A stretch of DNA of 64,000 nt. Origin: Marsupella aquatica. Taxonomy: Eukaryota > Plantae > Marchantiophyta. The translations under genes were made by a program, and so were the position numbers. Below the pieces are notes generated by a model that saw nothing but the letters and a program-made list of their open reading frames with translations, searched no databases and was not told the DNA's origin. Location: contig OZ316895.1 of assembly GCA_973895155.1 (NCBI GenBank), forward strand, positions 13,822,225 to 13,886,224, given 5' to 3'. Each line of letters begins with the position of its first letter. Position 1 is the first letter of the stretch. Below, piece after piece: positions 51,063-64,000 of the stretch.

Positions 51063-53497
51063 TCGTTAAGATTCAGGTTTTGAATCACACTGGCCATGTA
51101 TAGTTAACGCAATTATTGGTGGAATTTTTGGAACATGGGACCGTGAGGGCAACCATCCACTTTAACAATGGCTTTGTTTTGTGCAAGTAGTACTCTTCAT
51201 AGTTGGGTCCAGATTTTTCCATGCTCCTTCCAGGCTCTTCATTCTGACTTAGTGTAACCTGCGTGTCATTATGTATGGGGTAATTTTCTATATTTCTGAC
51301 ATGCTGTCTCGTTACATCTTGCTCATCAACGTAGGGAATGCTTCTGAACCTCTTTTGGATGATGCAACAAGGAAAGAGACAACTGTCCGTATCGTTCAGA
51401 ACTGTACCTCTTAATGTCTGCTGCAACTTAAGTCCCGCAGATGGCAAGGAGGTTTGCTTGAGAGGTGTTTATCTTAGTGGTTTGAGGTTGGGTATCGTAA
51501 GAGTCCATTGAAAGGTAGACTGAGCACGAGGTACTAGCGGGAAAATATCTTAAGGTTCAGGTTCAGGTGTGGGTTGGGGACGGTCCTCTCGTTTATGCCT
51601 CTCATGTCCTACCGAGATTCATTCTGGAACGGAGGGAGTGCTAAAGGTCTTCCTCCCGAAACTGTTATGGAAATGCGTAAACGACGGAGGGCCAATTGCT
51701 TTACAGCACGGTTGGGGGAGCAGCAGAGTAACATGAACCACAGTTTCAGGGTGTTACCTCATTCGCCTTGCAACATTGAAAGTGAGGGTGGTAGAACTTA
51801 TGGGGAGGCTGCACCTATCAATTCACTGTAGCCACTTCTTCCCCTATCCTATTGGGCGCAGAAGTAGTGATCTCGTACCATTGTGTGAGAAAACTTGTCA
51901 TCGACGAAAGCTAAGGACTTTGTAAGTAGCTAGATGCAATTCTAGATTTCTCTACTATTTCCTCATTTTCTTTACAATTGTGATGATGGTAATTCATAAA
52001 CCACTGAGAAATCTCCGGAAGCTGCCCCACCTAACAAGAAATAATCACCTGTTCTGTAGTGTTTGTTCGTATCTTTACTTAAAGTACTAGTCATCTAGTG
52101 AAAAACACTGGAAACCGACACCTAGTCAAACGTGTCAGGAAAGGCAAAGGCGCTGTGGAGGGTGGTGGCTTCCCACACAATTTCCTACCTACATGCAAAA
52201 CCTACTAGTACGAAGAAACTGCAAGAGGGTAGTGAATTAATACTTTGAATATTATGACTGCCATTTTCCTGGTGAGAATAGTGTGCTAAATCAATGAGGT
52301 GGGTCAACACGGGCTTGTCCATATCATTTGTGGCGAAGGGTATGTTTTGTGGCGAAGGGTATGTGCTACTTGCGGTAGACAGATTCCCAAGAGGGCTACC
52401 TTCGGGTGATAGCAGGAAAAAATGAAAACGCTGCATTGACATAAGAGACTTAAGGTTGAGCGAGCCGGAGATGTGCCGCAGAAGAGTATAAACGTGCTAA
52501 AGGAGAATCATTTGTATGGGACGAGTTCAAGTGAAGACTATTCTCATGTGAGCTTTCTCTACCATCTGTGAAGCTTACAAAATAGCACTTCTCCCTGAGG
52601 ATAATGTGCTTTATCAAGTTGGCAGCTTCCCCAGAGGGAGTGACCATTTTGGCATTGACAGATCTGAATACTACCGGGTTCGTCCAAATTTGATTCCCGC
52701 TTCGTATGAAGCGTAATACAGTCTCCATTTCATTTACTTTAAATACATTGAATTCTTCCAATAGTCTAAGTGAACACAAGTAATTTTGACGGAGAAAATT
52801 TCCTTGTGGAATGCAGATGTCTGCAACAGCATAAATAAACCAGCCTTACATGGAACCACCATATGGACAAGGAACTAAGTGTACTAAAGCAGAGAACAAG
52901 GTTTGTTGGTATTATTGATTCCATGTTTAGCATTCAACGTGATTAATTGGATCCCAGCTCAGAGGAAATGCCTCCACACGGAAACTCTCTCCAGGACGGT
53001 GAGCAGATGATATTAATGGCGGAACTTGCTCGATTTGACCCATCGCTCAACTGGGTCACAGCTCGAGGGTGGCCATGGGATTGGGACACAAAAAGAAACA
53101 CCCAAATCTGAGATTTATGCAAAACCTGACAGGACCTTTTAATGATCACCGTTTGGTCCTATGAGAGGGCACAAGGGTAGTATTATCGTTGCCCAGGTCA
53201 ACCCAAAGAGGGTAAGATGATGATTCCAGCAGGTAAGCAACTCTTTGAGAGCACTGCTGCTGACATTCAGTGCTTCAGTTGGGAGTGTTTGTCGCCACAC
53301 AGGTGCAGGAAATGTCATGCCAGCGTGAATTTGTCAGCCTAAACAATGGTGTTGTCCGACAGAAATCCAAAAGGAGTGATATATGACAAGCTCAGGATTG
53401 GTACACTTCGATGCTTCACTTCTTGTGAACCTCGCACCCAGATTCCTTCATCCTTGTAGCACCAAGAGACGAAGGGATTCTCACCCTTGTTCTCCAT

Positions 53498-56400
53498 TCA
53501 GTCCTTGCCTTTAAGAGAGCTCTTCACGGCAGTGAAACCAGGCCTTTCCATGACAGGAGCAAGATCCAGCACCATAGCATCACGGACTGTGACAGCAACA
53601 CCTTCGTAAGTCCAAACCTCTAATCTTGCAGATCCAGAGAGACCGAACGCAATCCAACCAACACCGGCTACGGCGACGTCCACACTGCTCTTGTCCCATT
53701 TATCCCCAGACACCTCCACTGTTCGGGCCACCCAACGGCCTAGTTCTTCCACTCTCTCCTTGGTCAAGGGAGGCTGCAGCAAGACGAAAACCCATTAGTC
53801 TTCAGGCTTGTCCATATTGCTAAATCAGCCACAAATCCGCAAAAGTGGAGCAGATCTTCCAGTGAAGTCAGCAAAGCTCTGTGATTGTACACATCTGACC
53901 TATTTTCATTTCTGATCTGCTATTTGTAACATCATGAGTCTTATTAACTACACAAGACGTTGGAAAATTCGAACCCACGCCATCTCACTTTTTTTCTTAG
54001 TATTATATGCACATCCACAAACCTTGACCAGACCCTGCAAACTTCCTCTGCAAACTTTCCCATCCCAGGCAATAATTTTGTTTATAACCAAGCCCTTTCT
54101 AGAATCTTCTTAATTCGTGGCAGAACAACTGGTGGAGGATTGGATTGCTCTAATGCTGTCGATGTAAAAAATCTATTAAAATGTCCTTATTGTCCGTTTT
54201 CCCTTGTTGATGTGCCCTCGGATTCTCAATGGGCAATCCGTCTTGCATCTGAGTGTGGCAACTACTGTATTCTTGTTTATAAGGTCTCAGAGGTTTCAAT
54301 GCCTGACATCACACTCATTAATGAGGTAGACGCGTCCGAAAAATGACTGATTCTCCACGAAAATATTCCCAACAAGACGTGCTCGAATGAAAGGGACATT
54401 GAAATAAACTTTACCAAACTCTCCCCTTCATGTTAACAAACTCTCCCCTTCCCCGCCTTGCTGTGCTATCAAGAGGAACTCAAAATGAACAGCGGAGGCA
54501 ATATCTCTGAATTTGTCAATCCCATAGAAAAGATTCCAGACCTGCGAGATTCACGAGGCAACCATGCAAAGTGAAGTGCAAGACCGCAATTACATACCTG
54601 CAATTTGTCTCCGATATGCTTATTAAATAATTCTTGAGCTGATTCGCCTTTTCCCATGTGACATGGAATATGTGGCGATGCCCAAATCGTTGCATATATG
54701 CTTTCACCTGGTGCTGTCTCTACATGCACTCTCACCAATCCTCCGAGCGAAATGGCATGACCTACCTGGTAAAACAGGGCTCATATCAATATGCAACACA
54801 ACAATATTAAAGATTGCCGCCAAGTTTTTATATTTAAATTTGTGTACTGGGTGCATTCCTATCAGAGTTCCCAGCGAGTTTCCAAATGATGGACGAGAGG
54901 TAGAAGGAACTCCCACAATTCACTCCACCCGCATCTCAATCGTGCAACAAGACAAGTATGGACAAAACCAAGCTAGGTTTTTCTGGGTTGTTATGTAGCT
55001 GACAAGTAAAGCAAGTACAATTCTCGGTTTCTCCTCACCTTAACACGGAAAGTTCGGGGTTTCAGAACTTTGCGGATTTGAACCATCTTCTGTTCCTCCC
55101 TAGTCAACCGAGTGGTGATCTGATGAGGATGGAGAAGCCCAGGAGTATCAAGAAGTCTGGCTTTACCCGGCAAAATGCCTTCAAGTTTCAAGACGCCAAC
55201 TGTCGTCCCAGGAAGTGCAGCCTCCGTTAGAAACACGTTATTCTTCTTCCCTTCAGCCCCTTCGTCTGCTCCTTTGGTTCCTTTAGCTGCAAACTTTCCC
55301 AAGGCATTGATGAGAGAGGACTTTCCCACATTCTGAGCTCCAATAACCCACACATCTCCGCGAGGCCCCGCCATCTCAGTGATCTGCTTAGACAGTTTGT
55401 CCACTCCCCATCCTTTGAAAGCACTCACTATGTGTACCCCACTAATTTGAGTCACACCTCCAGCCCTGGACCTCCTCCTTGCCCACTGCTCTAACCTCAC
55501 TGGAGACAATCCTCCGGGAAGAAGGTCAACCTTGTTGAGAACGATGAGGAGCCTGGGCACATTGGCAGCTTTCCCTTCTTGCCAGGCATTTCCCAGCTCT
55601 CTCTCTGCGTCTGCCAGAATAGTGGCAGCCATTCTGGGGAAGGATCCATCAAAGTCCACAGAATCAATGACCATCAAAACCACTGCTCTTCGTCCTATGG
55701 ACTTTCTCAGCCTACTCCCAACCACATGCTCAAAGTCAAAATCAGGGAGCAGATTCTCAACCTCCTCGTCTTTAACCTTTCCATAATTTCTCAGCGCATG
55801 GCATCTGGCACAAACGATTGGTTTCTCACCTTCAGATGACTCTGCCGCAGTTTTGCCCTGACCTAATTTTTCCCTCTTAGCCCGCTTCCCTCTTCTCCCA
55901 CGCCTTGTTTCCTCATTCCAGGTCCCCAGGATATCCTCTTCGAGATTCATCTCCTCAGGAGTCGCAGAAAGGTCCACCCACTTCAAAACCTCTTTCTTCT
56001 TCATCCCCAAACCGTCCGTCGCCCCCACCTCCATCTCGGTCCCGGGCCTATCAAGAAGATTCAGCAGCTCAGCATCTGTCAAAACCTCCTCCTCCTCAAA
56101 CTCTTCCTGGGCTCGTTTCACTGGGGCAACAGGAAGTTGGAAAAACCCGGGGGCTTTGGGATCTTCATCCTGCATTTCAATCCCGCATCCTGGGCAAAGC
56201 CTTTGACTATCTAGCCACGATTTACCGGTCTCTGGTAGCTCAGGTACAACTCTCGGAGCTAATGCAACTCGAGATGCACAGCCTAGCCCGGAGCTGCTGC
56301 TAAATCGCTGCTGATTTGTTGGACCGGTGGGATATCCCCAAACTAGGAGCCTGGCAGAAGAACATGAAGAAAGGACGGGAAATGACCCTGCAAGACTTGT

Positions 56401-56745
56401 GATGCCGGAACTGTGAGAGAACCGCGAGTGACTGGAGGAGCAGTGAGTTGAGAGATAGGTTTTTCTAGCATGGGACAGTTCAGCTACTGCAGGACTGAGG
56501 GAGATGGGAGAGTACCTACGAGACTGGGTATGACTAACAATGTGGCCGCCTGGTTGGACTTGGCCCTGAGATACCACCACACAACCTCTCTCTTCTACAG
56601 CCAAATTTGTTGTTCTCCAGTGGGGAACCATTGCTCTCCCGACCGTGCAGCGCAGCTGCTTAACGAGGTGAATTTCCATTCTCTGCCTTAGCCTTGCACC
56701 ACAACGAACTCCCGGCATATTAGGCAAGTGCGTGCAAGTGCCCAT
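53498..56745 (-). CDS. BPG2: Circularly permuted YqeH/NOA1-family GTPase, BPG2-like; 3 exons
   Basis: Exons 56745-55039, 54765-54598 and 53773-53498. Zn finger CPGCG...CARCHALRNYG, G4 NKVDLL, G5 VSAFKG, G1 GAQNVGKS, G2 PGTT, G3 DTPG and C-terminal DVAVAGVGW. The start codon is uncertain because several ATGs are in frame. Confidence 0.92.
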
Positions 56746-58361
56746 TATTCTGACCAGCTGCCAGCATTCCTTCGTCAATTGGGAAGATCAGGGCAGTAGT
56801 GCATACTGTCATCTGTCATACTCGTCTCTTCTCAACTCAGCTCTAACAATCTCTTGAACATTTCACAGCTGAAAACGCCAGCAGAACGATGAGATTGGTG
56901 CCCTGATTATGCCCTGATTGTGCCCCGATTGATTTTCTTGTGTCGCTAAACTTTCAATGGAATGAAACGCAAGGGAAGATAATGGATTGGGATAAAGCAA
57001 AATTGTTGTACAGAGCCTACGCTCTACTGGGTGGCCTCGATTCAGAGGCAGAGCCTCATGGCACCGAATCGGAAATTGGAGTGGGTGGGTAGCTAGCCAG
57101 CCATGTTACACATCAGAGCAAAGCAGAGCAGACCCATTTGACGCCTCAGGGAAGAGCAGAGTAATGGCGGTGAGGAAACTCTGCGGCGATGCATACAGCA
57201 AACGGACTCCGAATGCCAGGGTTGAGGGTTTTAGTCTGAAGAGACTTCGAAGATCTGAGTAAAGTAAAGGGGTTTAAAGTCTTTAGGTCACTCCTTGTTT
57301 TCGAGGATCTCCACCAGTTTGATGAGCCATATGCATTTATGAGCATTGGATATGTTGATGTTGGTATGGATAGGCCACACTCCCATCTAAAAACCCAATA
57401 GAGCATAAAAGCCCCTCCCAATAGAGCAGAAAGCATAGATTAGAGCAAATTGACATAAAAATATATTGCAAGCAATTAGAATAAGATAACATAGAGAAAG
57501 AGTGTCCCACAGTATAGCAGCCTCAAAAATATTATGAGTTCCATGGAATCCCAGTTGGTCAAACCATAATCAAGTGTTTAGTTACGGTGAGATGTGCAAG
57601 TACTATATACATTAGCAAGATTTAGATAATGACTGAAGGTTAAACTCATGTTACGGAGTCAGTTAGGAGATAAGGAGATCTTAATTTGTGAAGACCCGGG
57701 ATGGCCAATGGCTTTAGAGTTCAGTAAAACTCTCTTGTATGGTCCTGTGGACGTAGTGGTGAGGTGAATCACATATCTTTGTTGTTCTCCAGTTCGGTTG
57801 ATGTTACACTTGTGCATGATGTCTTATGAATAATGGTCAATTTACTGAACACCTTCAAACATACAATACAAATTGATGATTTGCTATGGATAGTCCACAA
57901 TCCCACTGAAGAACTCACAATTTCCTCAAATCATGAGTTTGTGCCTTAAAACACACTATGTGTCTTGTGTGCCATGGATGAAAATAAAGGCTTGAATAGC
58001 TACAAACTCACCCTGAATTTACTCAAATCTTGAGTTTGTACATACTATGTGCCTTGTCTGCCTTTGGTGAGAGAAAAGGCTTGACTAACTGGTTGGTGAC
58101 CATCTTTCTTGCTAAAATTGGTAGTGATAGTCTGGATTTGGAAGCTAACCTCTAAATATTTGGGATCGTACCTTTAGTTCTTTACAAGAAATTTATTAAT
58201 TATATTGCTGATTTATCTATAGATATATGGTAGCCCTAAAAGATAAAGGTTGTTTAAAGTTAGGGCAACCTTATCACAAAGGAGGTGATGTGCACTAGGC
58301 CTCCGTAATATGTCTATCATCAAGATATTTCGTTGATTGAGGCATGTGTACTAAATCAAAC

Positions 58362-59365
58362 AGTGTCTTTCATCAGGGGTTCTATTTTCTTTGTGCAAAG
58401 TTGTCTTCAAAGATTTCCTTGATATTTCTTCACTTGAGAATGCCTATTCACTCAAAGTGCTGTCTTCAACCTGGGGTTCTATTTCTGTTATTTAAAGTTG
58501 TCTTCAACATAGACTTTTCTGTAAAGTGCCAAAAGGCGGGTGAGTCTTCTGTCATTTTAACTCGGGTTCAGGGTGAGTGAAGGTCTTAACCCAACATGAA
58601 GTGATGTGTGTTCAATTACAGGTCCTTAGTTGCCACACACACCCCGTGCTGCCATAAATTTCGGAGTCACCAGCTCCATTCAATTGTTTCAAGTTTAATT
58701 TTGGGACAGGACTGGTGAATTGATGTGTATTCTGGTTGACAACTTGATTCCCCAGCTTAGGGGTTTGGATTCATTCGACCTTTCAATTTAGTTCTGGTTG
58801 ACAGTTGTAAATTTCAGCTCTATGTCAATTTGGATTGCAATTTAGTTCTAGTTGAGCCAGTGAGGAATTTTGTTTTGTGTCTTGCTGTTTCATCTACATT
58901 CAGCAGTCTGTGGACTGCCGCACAATGGAGTACTTAGTAAACCCAACCTGAATTTTGGTGAGTTAAGAGCTTTAAGGGGAGTATTCATGGTTATGCCTTT
59001 TTGGGCTTCACTTAACATACTTCAACCTAGGGTTCTATTTACTTTGTGTAACATTGTCTTCAAACTCATTTTCATTGTACTCATTTTCATTGTACAAGTG
59101 TACAGTGTACTAGCCTGATTACCCATTCCTTGAATGTAAATAGAGAGACAAGTTGTCTTCAACCTAGGGTTCTATTTCCTTTGTGTAACATTGTCTTCAA
59201 AATCATTTTCAGTGTACAGTTTACTAGCGTGATTACCCATTCCTTGAATGTAAATAAAGACAAGTAGGAAAAAACACTCCCGAGAAAAAAAGGTTCCGTG
59301 CTATTTCCTGTTCACCTTTGCCCACAGAAAAACAGGTTCCATGCTATTTCCTGTTCGCCTTTGCC
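58362..59365. repeat. Cluster of short duplications (gtcttcaacctagggttctattt...)
   Basis: The motif recurs near 58365, 58462, 59020 and 59155. The segment at about 59020-59150 is duplicated at about 59155-59265. A 44 bp-period pair (aggttcc.tgctatttcctgttc.cctttgccc) lies at 59291 and 59335. Confidence 0.8.
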
Positions 59366-62300
59366 CCATCCTTGGTTTTCTGTGGCTGCACTCTAGACAC
59401 GAGGCCCAAGGAACAGGTTTTGATAGTGCAATATTATTTGTATGCAGTGCTTTACTGTTTGCATGCCCTTCTCAATGACCGTGTAGCCTTGAGCACGGTA
59501 AACCCAAAACCTTGTTCTGTCAGTGCCCATCATTTCTCTATGCGGTACACACGGCAATGTCCTGTAATGGGTTGCTTGCGCATCTTGGGTTGGGCTGGGA
59601 AAGCGTGTTACTCCAGGAAGAAACCAAATCTCCCATAGACCACAGGGCGACGACCATCATCGATTACGTTTCTCACTATCAACCAGATCACTAATTCGAG
59701 GTGGGGTTTAATAGGTAGACGTTTCATGGATGGTTAATCTCCACTAAATACACATTATTCTCTACATACATAACGTGCATCACAAAACATGTATAAAACC
59801 AGTCAAAGTAACAACTGTATAAATCATATACCCACTCTTTTGTGAGCTTTAGTGGGCACGATGTATGTCCCAGTCGACACAAAGCCTGGTCCAAAATTAG
59901 AATCTTTCCAGCTTGAAGGCGTCCAAAGTTTGAACCCATGTACTTCAGAATTCTCAGAGCACGAGGCTAACCATGGGAGGCATGGAGATTTTGTGACCTT
60001 AAATGTGTGCCCAATGCTCTGCCTTGTCCGATCCACATGTTTGAGAATGGACACACCGTAATGACGCTCTGCCGTGATTGATGATCTTTAGGCCAATTCC
60101 TCTACTGGAACTAAGGCTCATGTTGTCCTGTTTACCAAGTTCGAGTTGGCATTTCCATACCTGTTCTTACTTCACAGAACCACAACATAGTGGAATGATG
60201 ATGGACCTAGATCCGAAGTCTCTCGAGTAGGGTCGATCCATACTTTAAAAGCCTAGTCATGAACCGTTTTGATATTGATGATCCTGAGCTCCGTATAAGG
60301 CCCTTACAAGGGAGGAGGGATTTATCCACCGTCTTCTCAACGAGGAGGCGGATTGCAGAAAAAAACTGGTGTCACATTTATTTGAAAGCGCCATATCTGA
60401 CCTAGCCTCTTTTCCGTTAACCTACACCCGTCTTAGGTCTTACTCAAGCCAACTACTGCCACAAATGTGACTACTAACCACCATACAATGAGATGATTGG
60501 TGAAAGAAATACGCTACTATGTCTAAAGCAGCCGTTCCTAAACTCTAGCTCTCTTTACGCTGACATGACTGTTCCACGGTAGCCACAAGCATGGAGCTGA
60601 TGTCAAAAGAATTGATGGGATTCCCCATGTGGGGCTATTCATATCCGTCCTCTGTTTTCTTTTCAAATGGATGCCTTAACTGGATCTGTCATAAAAAATC
60701 TACGTGCAATTTATTCATTCACGTAGGTAGCAGTGGTTCTCTCTCACTACGTACTCCAATTTTATGGCTCGCCTGCATCCATATCATCAATCATCCTGTA
60801 AGCTAAAGGCACTTTTGATTGATGTATCTCCTATCGACATCCTCTCGACAGAAACATACTGCGCGACAATCACCTGAGAGTGGCAGTATAGACTCTTTTA
60901 CAAATAACAGTATCCAGCCAAAAATCCAACCTAAAAAGCTAATATTGCCAAAGCATTTAAACCGAATGAAATCATTTACTTTTAAAAAGCCATACCTCTT
61001 CTGTGGCTCCTGCTGTCATATTCACAAAGGACGAGTCATGCCTGCACCACGAAATCACCATTCTTGATAAATAACATGATAATCGTTCATAGCAATTCAC
61101 TCTACTTCCAAAGCGAAGCTTAAGTTGTCACAGAAAGCCTAACAGCGAGTCAGATGAGCATTGGACCCATCTAAGCATATTCGAAATATATCTCACATAA
61201 CTTTGCAGAGGGTATGGAGAAAAAACATCTGGATCGAGGAGGGAATATGGAGTAAATGCAGCACGTTTGACTACAACTAATAGCAAGTACTAACCAACCA
61301 AACAAGGCCACGCACAAACCTGAGTTTTTTCGAAGTTCCGTCAAGTTCTTCTTCGCTAAGATGGTTGTCCTTCTTAGGGAGTGAAGAGAAAAACTGCAGA
61401 ACTCCAAAGAAAAGTAGAAAAATCAATTAAAATGCTAACATCCCACCGGACAAGTGGTCAACTAATCATGTATTATTACAACGTTCCATTATCCTCTAAG
61501 ATCTGCACCAACGCTTTTACATTTTCAAGTAAGAACTCCGTTGTATCAATCAATATCATCACGTGCTCATCTAAGGTGATACAGCTTAATCACCGCCCTT
61601 CCCTAACTTATGGAATGGCTGGTATACTCTAGATGTGGTAGACATTATGATGCTAATTAAGAAAATGGGCATTCATTTATTCAATTGTGATACAATCAAC
61701 TCTATAATTTGGAGCTCGTGAGAAGGCCCCATTATCACTTACTCCGAAGCACACATAGGAACAGTCAAACCCTTTCTATCCTTACTTAGGGAACTCACAG
61801 GTTCGAAATACCATCATACCTGGTGCATGGAAATGAAGACGATGGATACGCCGAGAACAAAATTGATGGTTAGTGTGTGTCCAAACAGGGCTGCTGATGC
61901 AAGCCCTGTAAAAATTGTCGCCACCGTGGATGAATATTTCTTCAAAATAGTATCTGTCATATCCGGAGATATAACCAGAAATTCACAACGATTTCAATAA
62001 GAAACAAACCAAATTAAATCCTCAATTGCACCTCTAAATGCTCCAAGCAATCAGAATTGCTTCTCGAAGAAAAGCTCTAAAACTACTGCTGAGAGAGACC
62101 ACCGCCTGAATGTACCACCACAAAAGGTCGTAACTTCCTAACAAGAAAATGATTATGATTTTTTGCCTTTGGCACCAACGTGTAACTGGCAATTTCACCA
62201 GTTTTGAAGTAGATTTATATTAAAGAAAAATCTTGGAATCCAAGACAAAACGACACAAATAAAAAGTACTCGACATACTTCGAATATAAATGATCAAGGC

Positions 62301-64000
62301 CTGCCAAAACGTGTAAATTCAGGACTACTGATTATTATGAGCTTACCCGCATACTTGAAAAAGAACGAAGACAAGATTCCCTGTGCTGCATTGTTTAAAA
62401 TAAGAAGCGCCGTGGCTTTTGAATGCCCTTCCACGAGATTGAAGTTGGTCGTGCCTAGATTCCCACAAAACAGTCAACTTTGAGAGCCATAACGATCAGG
62501 GACACATAGATTTTCAGCCCAAATGCATTACAAGGTTACGCTGGTAGATCTCGAGTTGGCTTTTTAACATACCATTGTATATAATCCTGATCATTATCCC
62601 GCACAGATTGAAAAATGCACCATATCCGTAGAGGAACAGGTTCTGTGGTACAGAGCAAAGTGCCACTCTTCAATATCACAAAGGTGGGATATTTTAGCTT
62701 AGAAAAGTAGCGTCACAAGAAAATCCAGCCACAGTCATGCGCCCCATCAAGTCAAATAAATGAAACATCCATATATGTAGACCTGGAGATGGACGCTCGT
62801 ATCGAACTGACTCTTGAGTGCATACTCATTAAACACAGATGCCAGGGAGGGCACTGTGACCTGCCAACACAATCCCGAATAAACTCAATATTACTAAAAA
62901 TCAGAATTGAATTAAATAAAAACCAAAGAAGAACAGAAACGAGCAAAAGGCTACTTCATAGCTTGATGGCGTATACTTATCTAGTTCCGGTGACAAACGT
63001 GAAAGTCAAGTTAACGAAAGTGCACAAACTCATTACATGACTCATAGTATGCTTTCACTGCTCAATTTGATCTAATATATGAACCATATTAGTCTGAGTA
63101 GAAGCAACAAATAATACACATTCCTCTCATATCTGGTTCCCAGAGATGGCCCACAGAATAGTCAACTTACAAAGATTAACGTGTATACATAAGCAACTCC
63201 TGCGATGGGTACAGCTAGGGAAGTTGTCCCTGTAGCTGTTGTGTGTAGCTGATTTACACTAATTCCAATAAGTAGCAACCCCAGTGCTTCCCACTGAACG
63301 TGTACAAAACCAAAAAACTTATGTCAATGTACCGTAGAAACTATTTATCTGCCCATGCTTACAGGAAAACGTTCTTTTCATATAGAGGTAGTTCATTTGT
63401 CCGCATAACTGGCCAACATCCAATACGACCCATGAGCCTAATTGTCTCCTGGTTGGCCACATGTCGGAGAGAACATTATCCTACTCGGTGAAGGGTAAAA
63501 GCAATTTCCACCAATTTCCAGTCCTTAAGAATGCCGACGGTGTACGCGAGACTCCTTCCAACTTTATTCTTTTTCGCACCCAATAAAACCAAGCAGATGT
63601 TCGAGAGCCTCAAAATACAATGAACTGAGATACACTCATAAACCTTTCTTACCTGGTTGGAAAAAAAGCCCCTTCGAAGCCAGTACAAGAGGTTGCTGCC
63701 ATCTAGATGAACGCTTTCTACAACATTGGTGTTTACTGGTTGTCTGGATCGAGCAGTGGTATCTACAATGCTACAAAAGGAGGGCTCTATGACAAGGAAC
63801 GATTTCTTGTAGATTCTTGTTTAAGTCCCACTATATGTAAAGGTATTACTGAATCATGTATTGGGTCATCTCACTCGTAACAACGGACCTGCATGATGGT
63901 GAAACGCCTCCTCATCACCACTTTCAGGAGCAAAGCAATCATCAGCACCTGAAAACAATGGGAGGCCTTTCAGCGAAGCAGATGAATAGGAGAAACTCTC

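Noticed and set aside
59700-64000. Decayed LINE suggested by APG.DGI-like (about 61820), SSFFFKYA and LPKKD fragments
   Set aside because: Needs frameshifts, the motif spacing does not fit ORF2, and no RT catalytic motif is visible. Left unannotated.

Overview
Eukaryotic nuclear DNA from a land plant; the protein sequences and gene layout suggest a bryophyte, probably a liverwort (inference). I can reconstruct eight protein-coding genes. Seven have GT-AG introns: an At1g10780-like F-box/LRR protein (+), plastid 16S rRNA dimethyltransferase PFC1/RsmA (-), an At5g17530-like phosphohexomutase (+), plant-type eIF4B (-), plastid RbfA (-), an At3g62330-like CCHC+KH RNA-binding protein (+) and the YqeH-family GTPase BPG2 (-). 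The eighth is an intronless RraA/HMG-aldolase (-). The spacers hold an F-box pseudogene fragment, a Tourist-like MITE, a short CACTA-like element, hairpins and many short tandem duplications. The most notable pattern is that three factors for plastid 30S subunit/16S rRNA maturation (RsmA, RbfA, YqeH/BPG2) lie co-oriented within about 48 kb among other RNA/translation genes. The RraA gene also looks betaproteobacterial-like, and its stop codon overlaps the ATG of a downstream ORF. Homology calls come from motif recognition, not database searches. I found no convincing tRNA, rRNA or CRISPR array.
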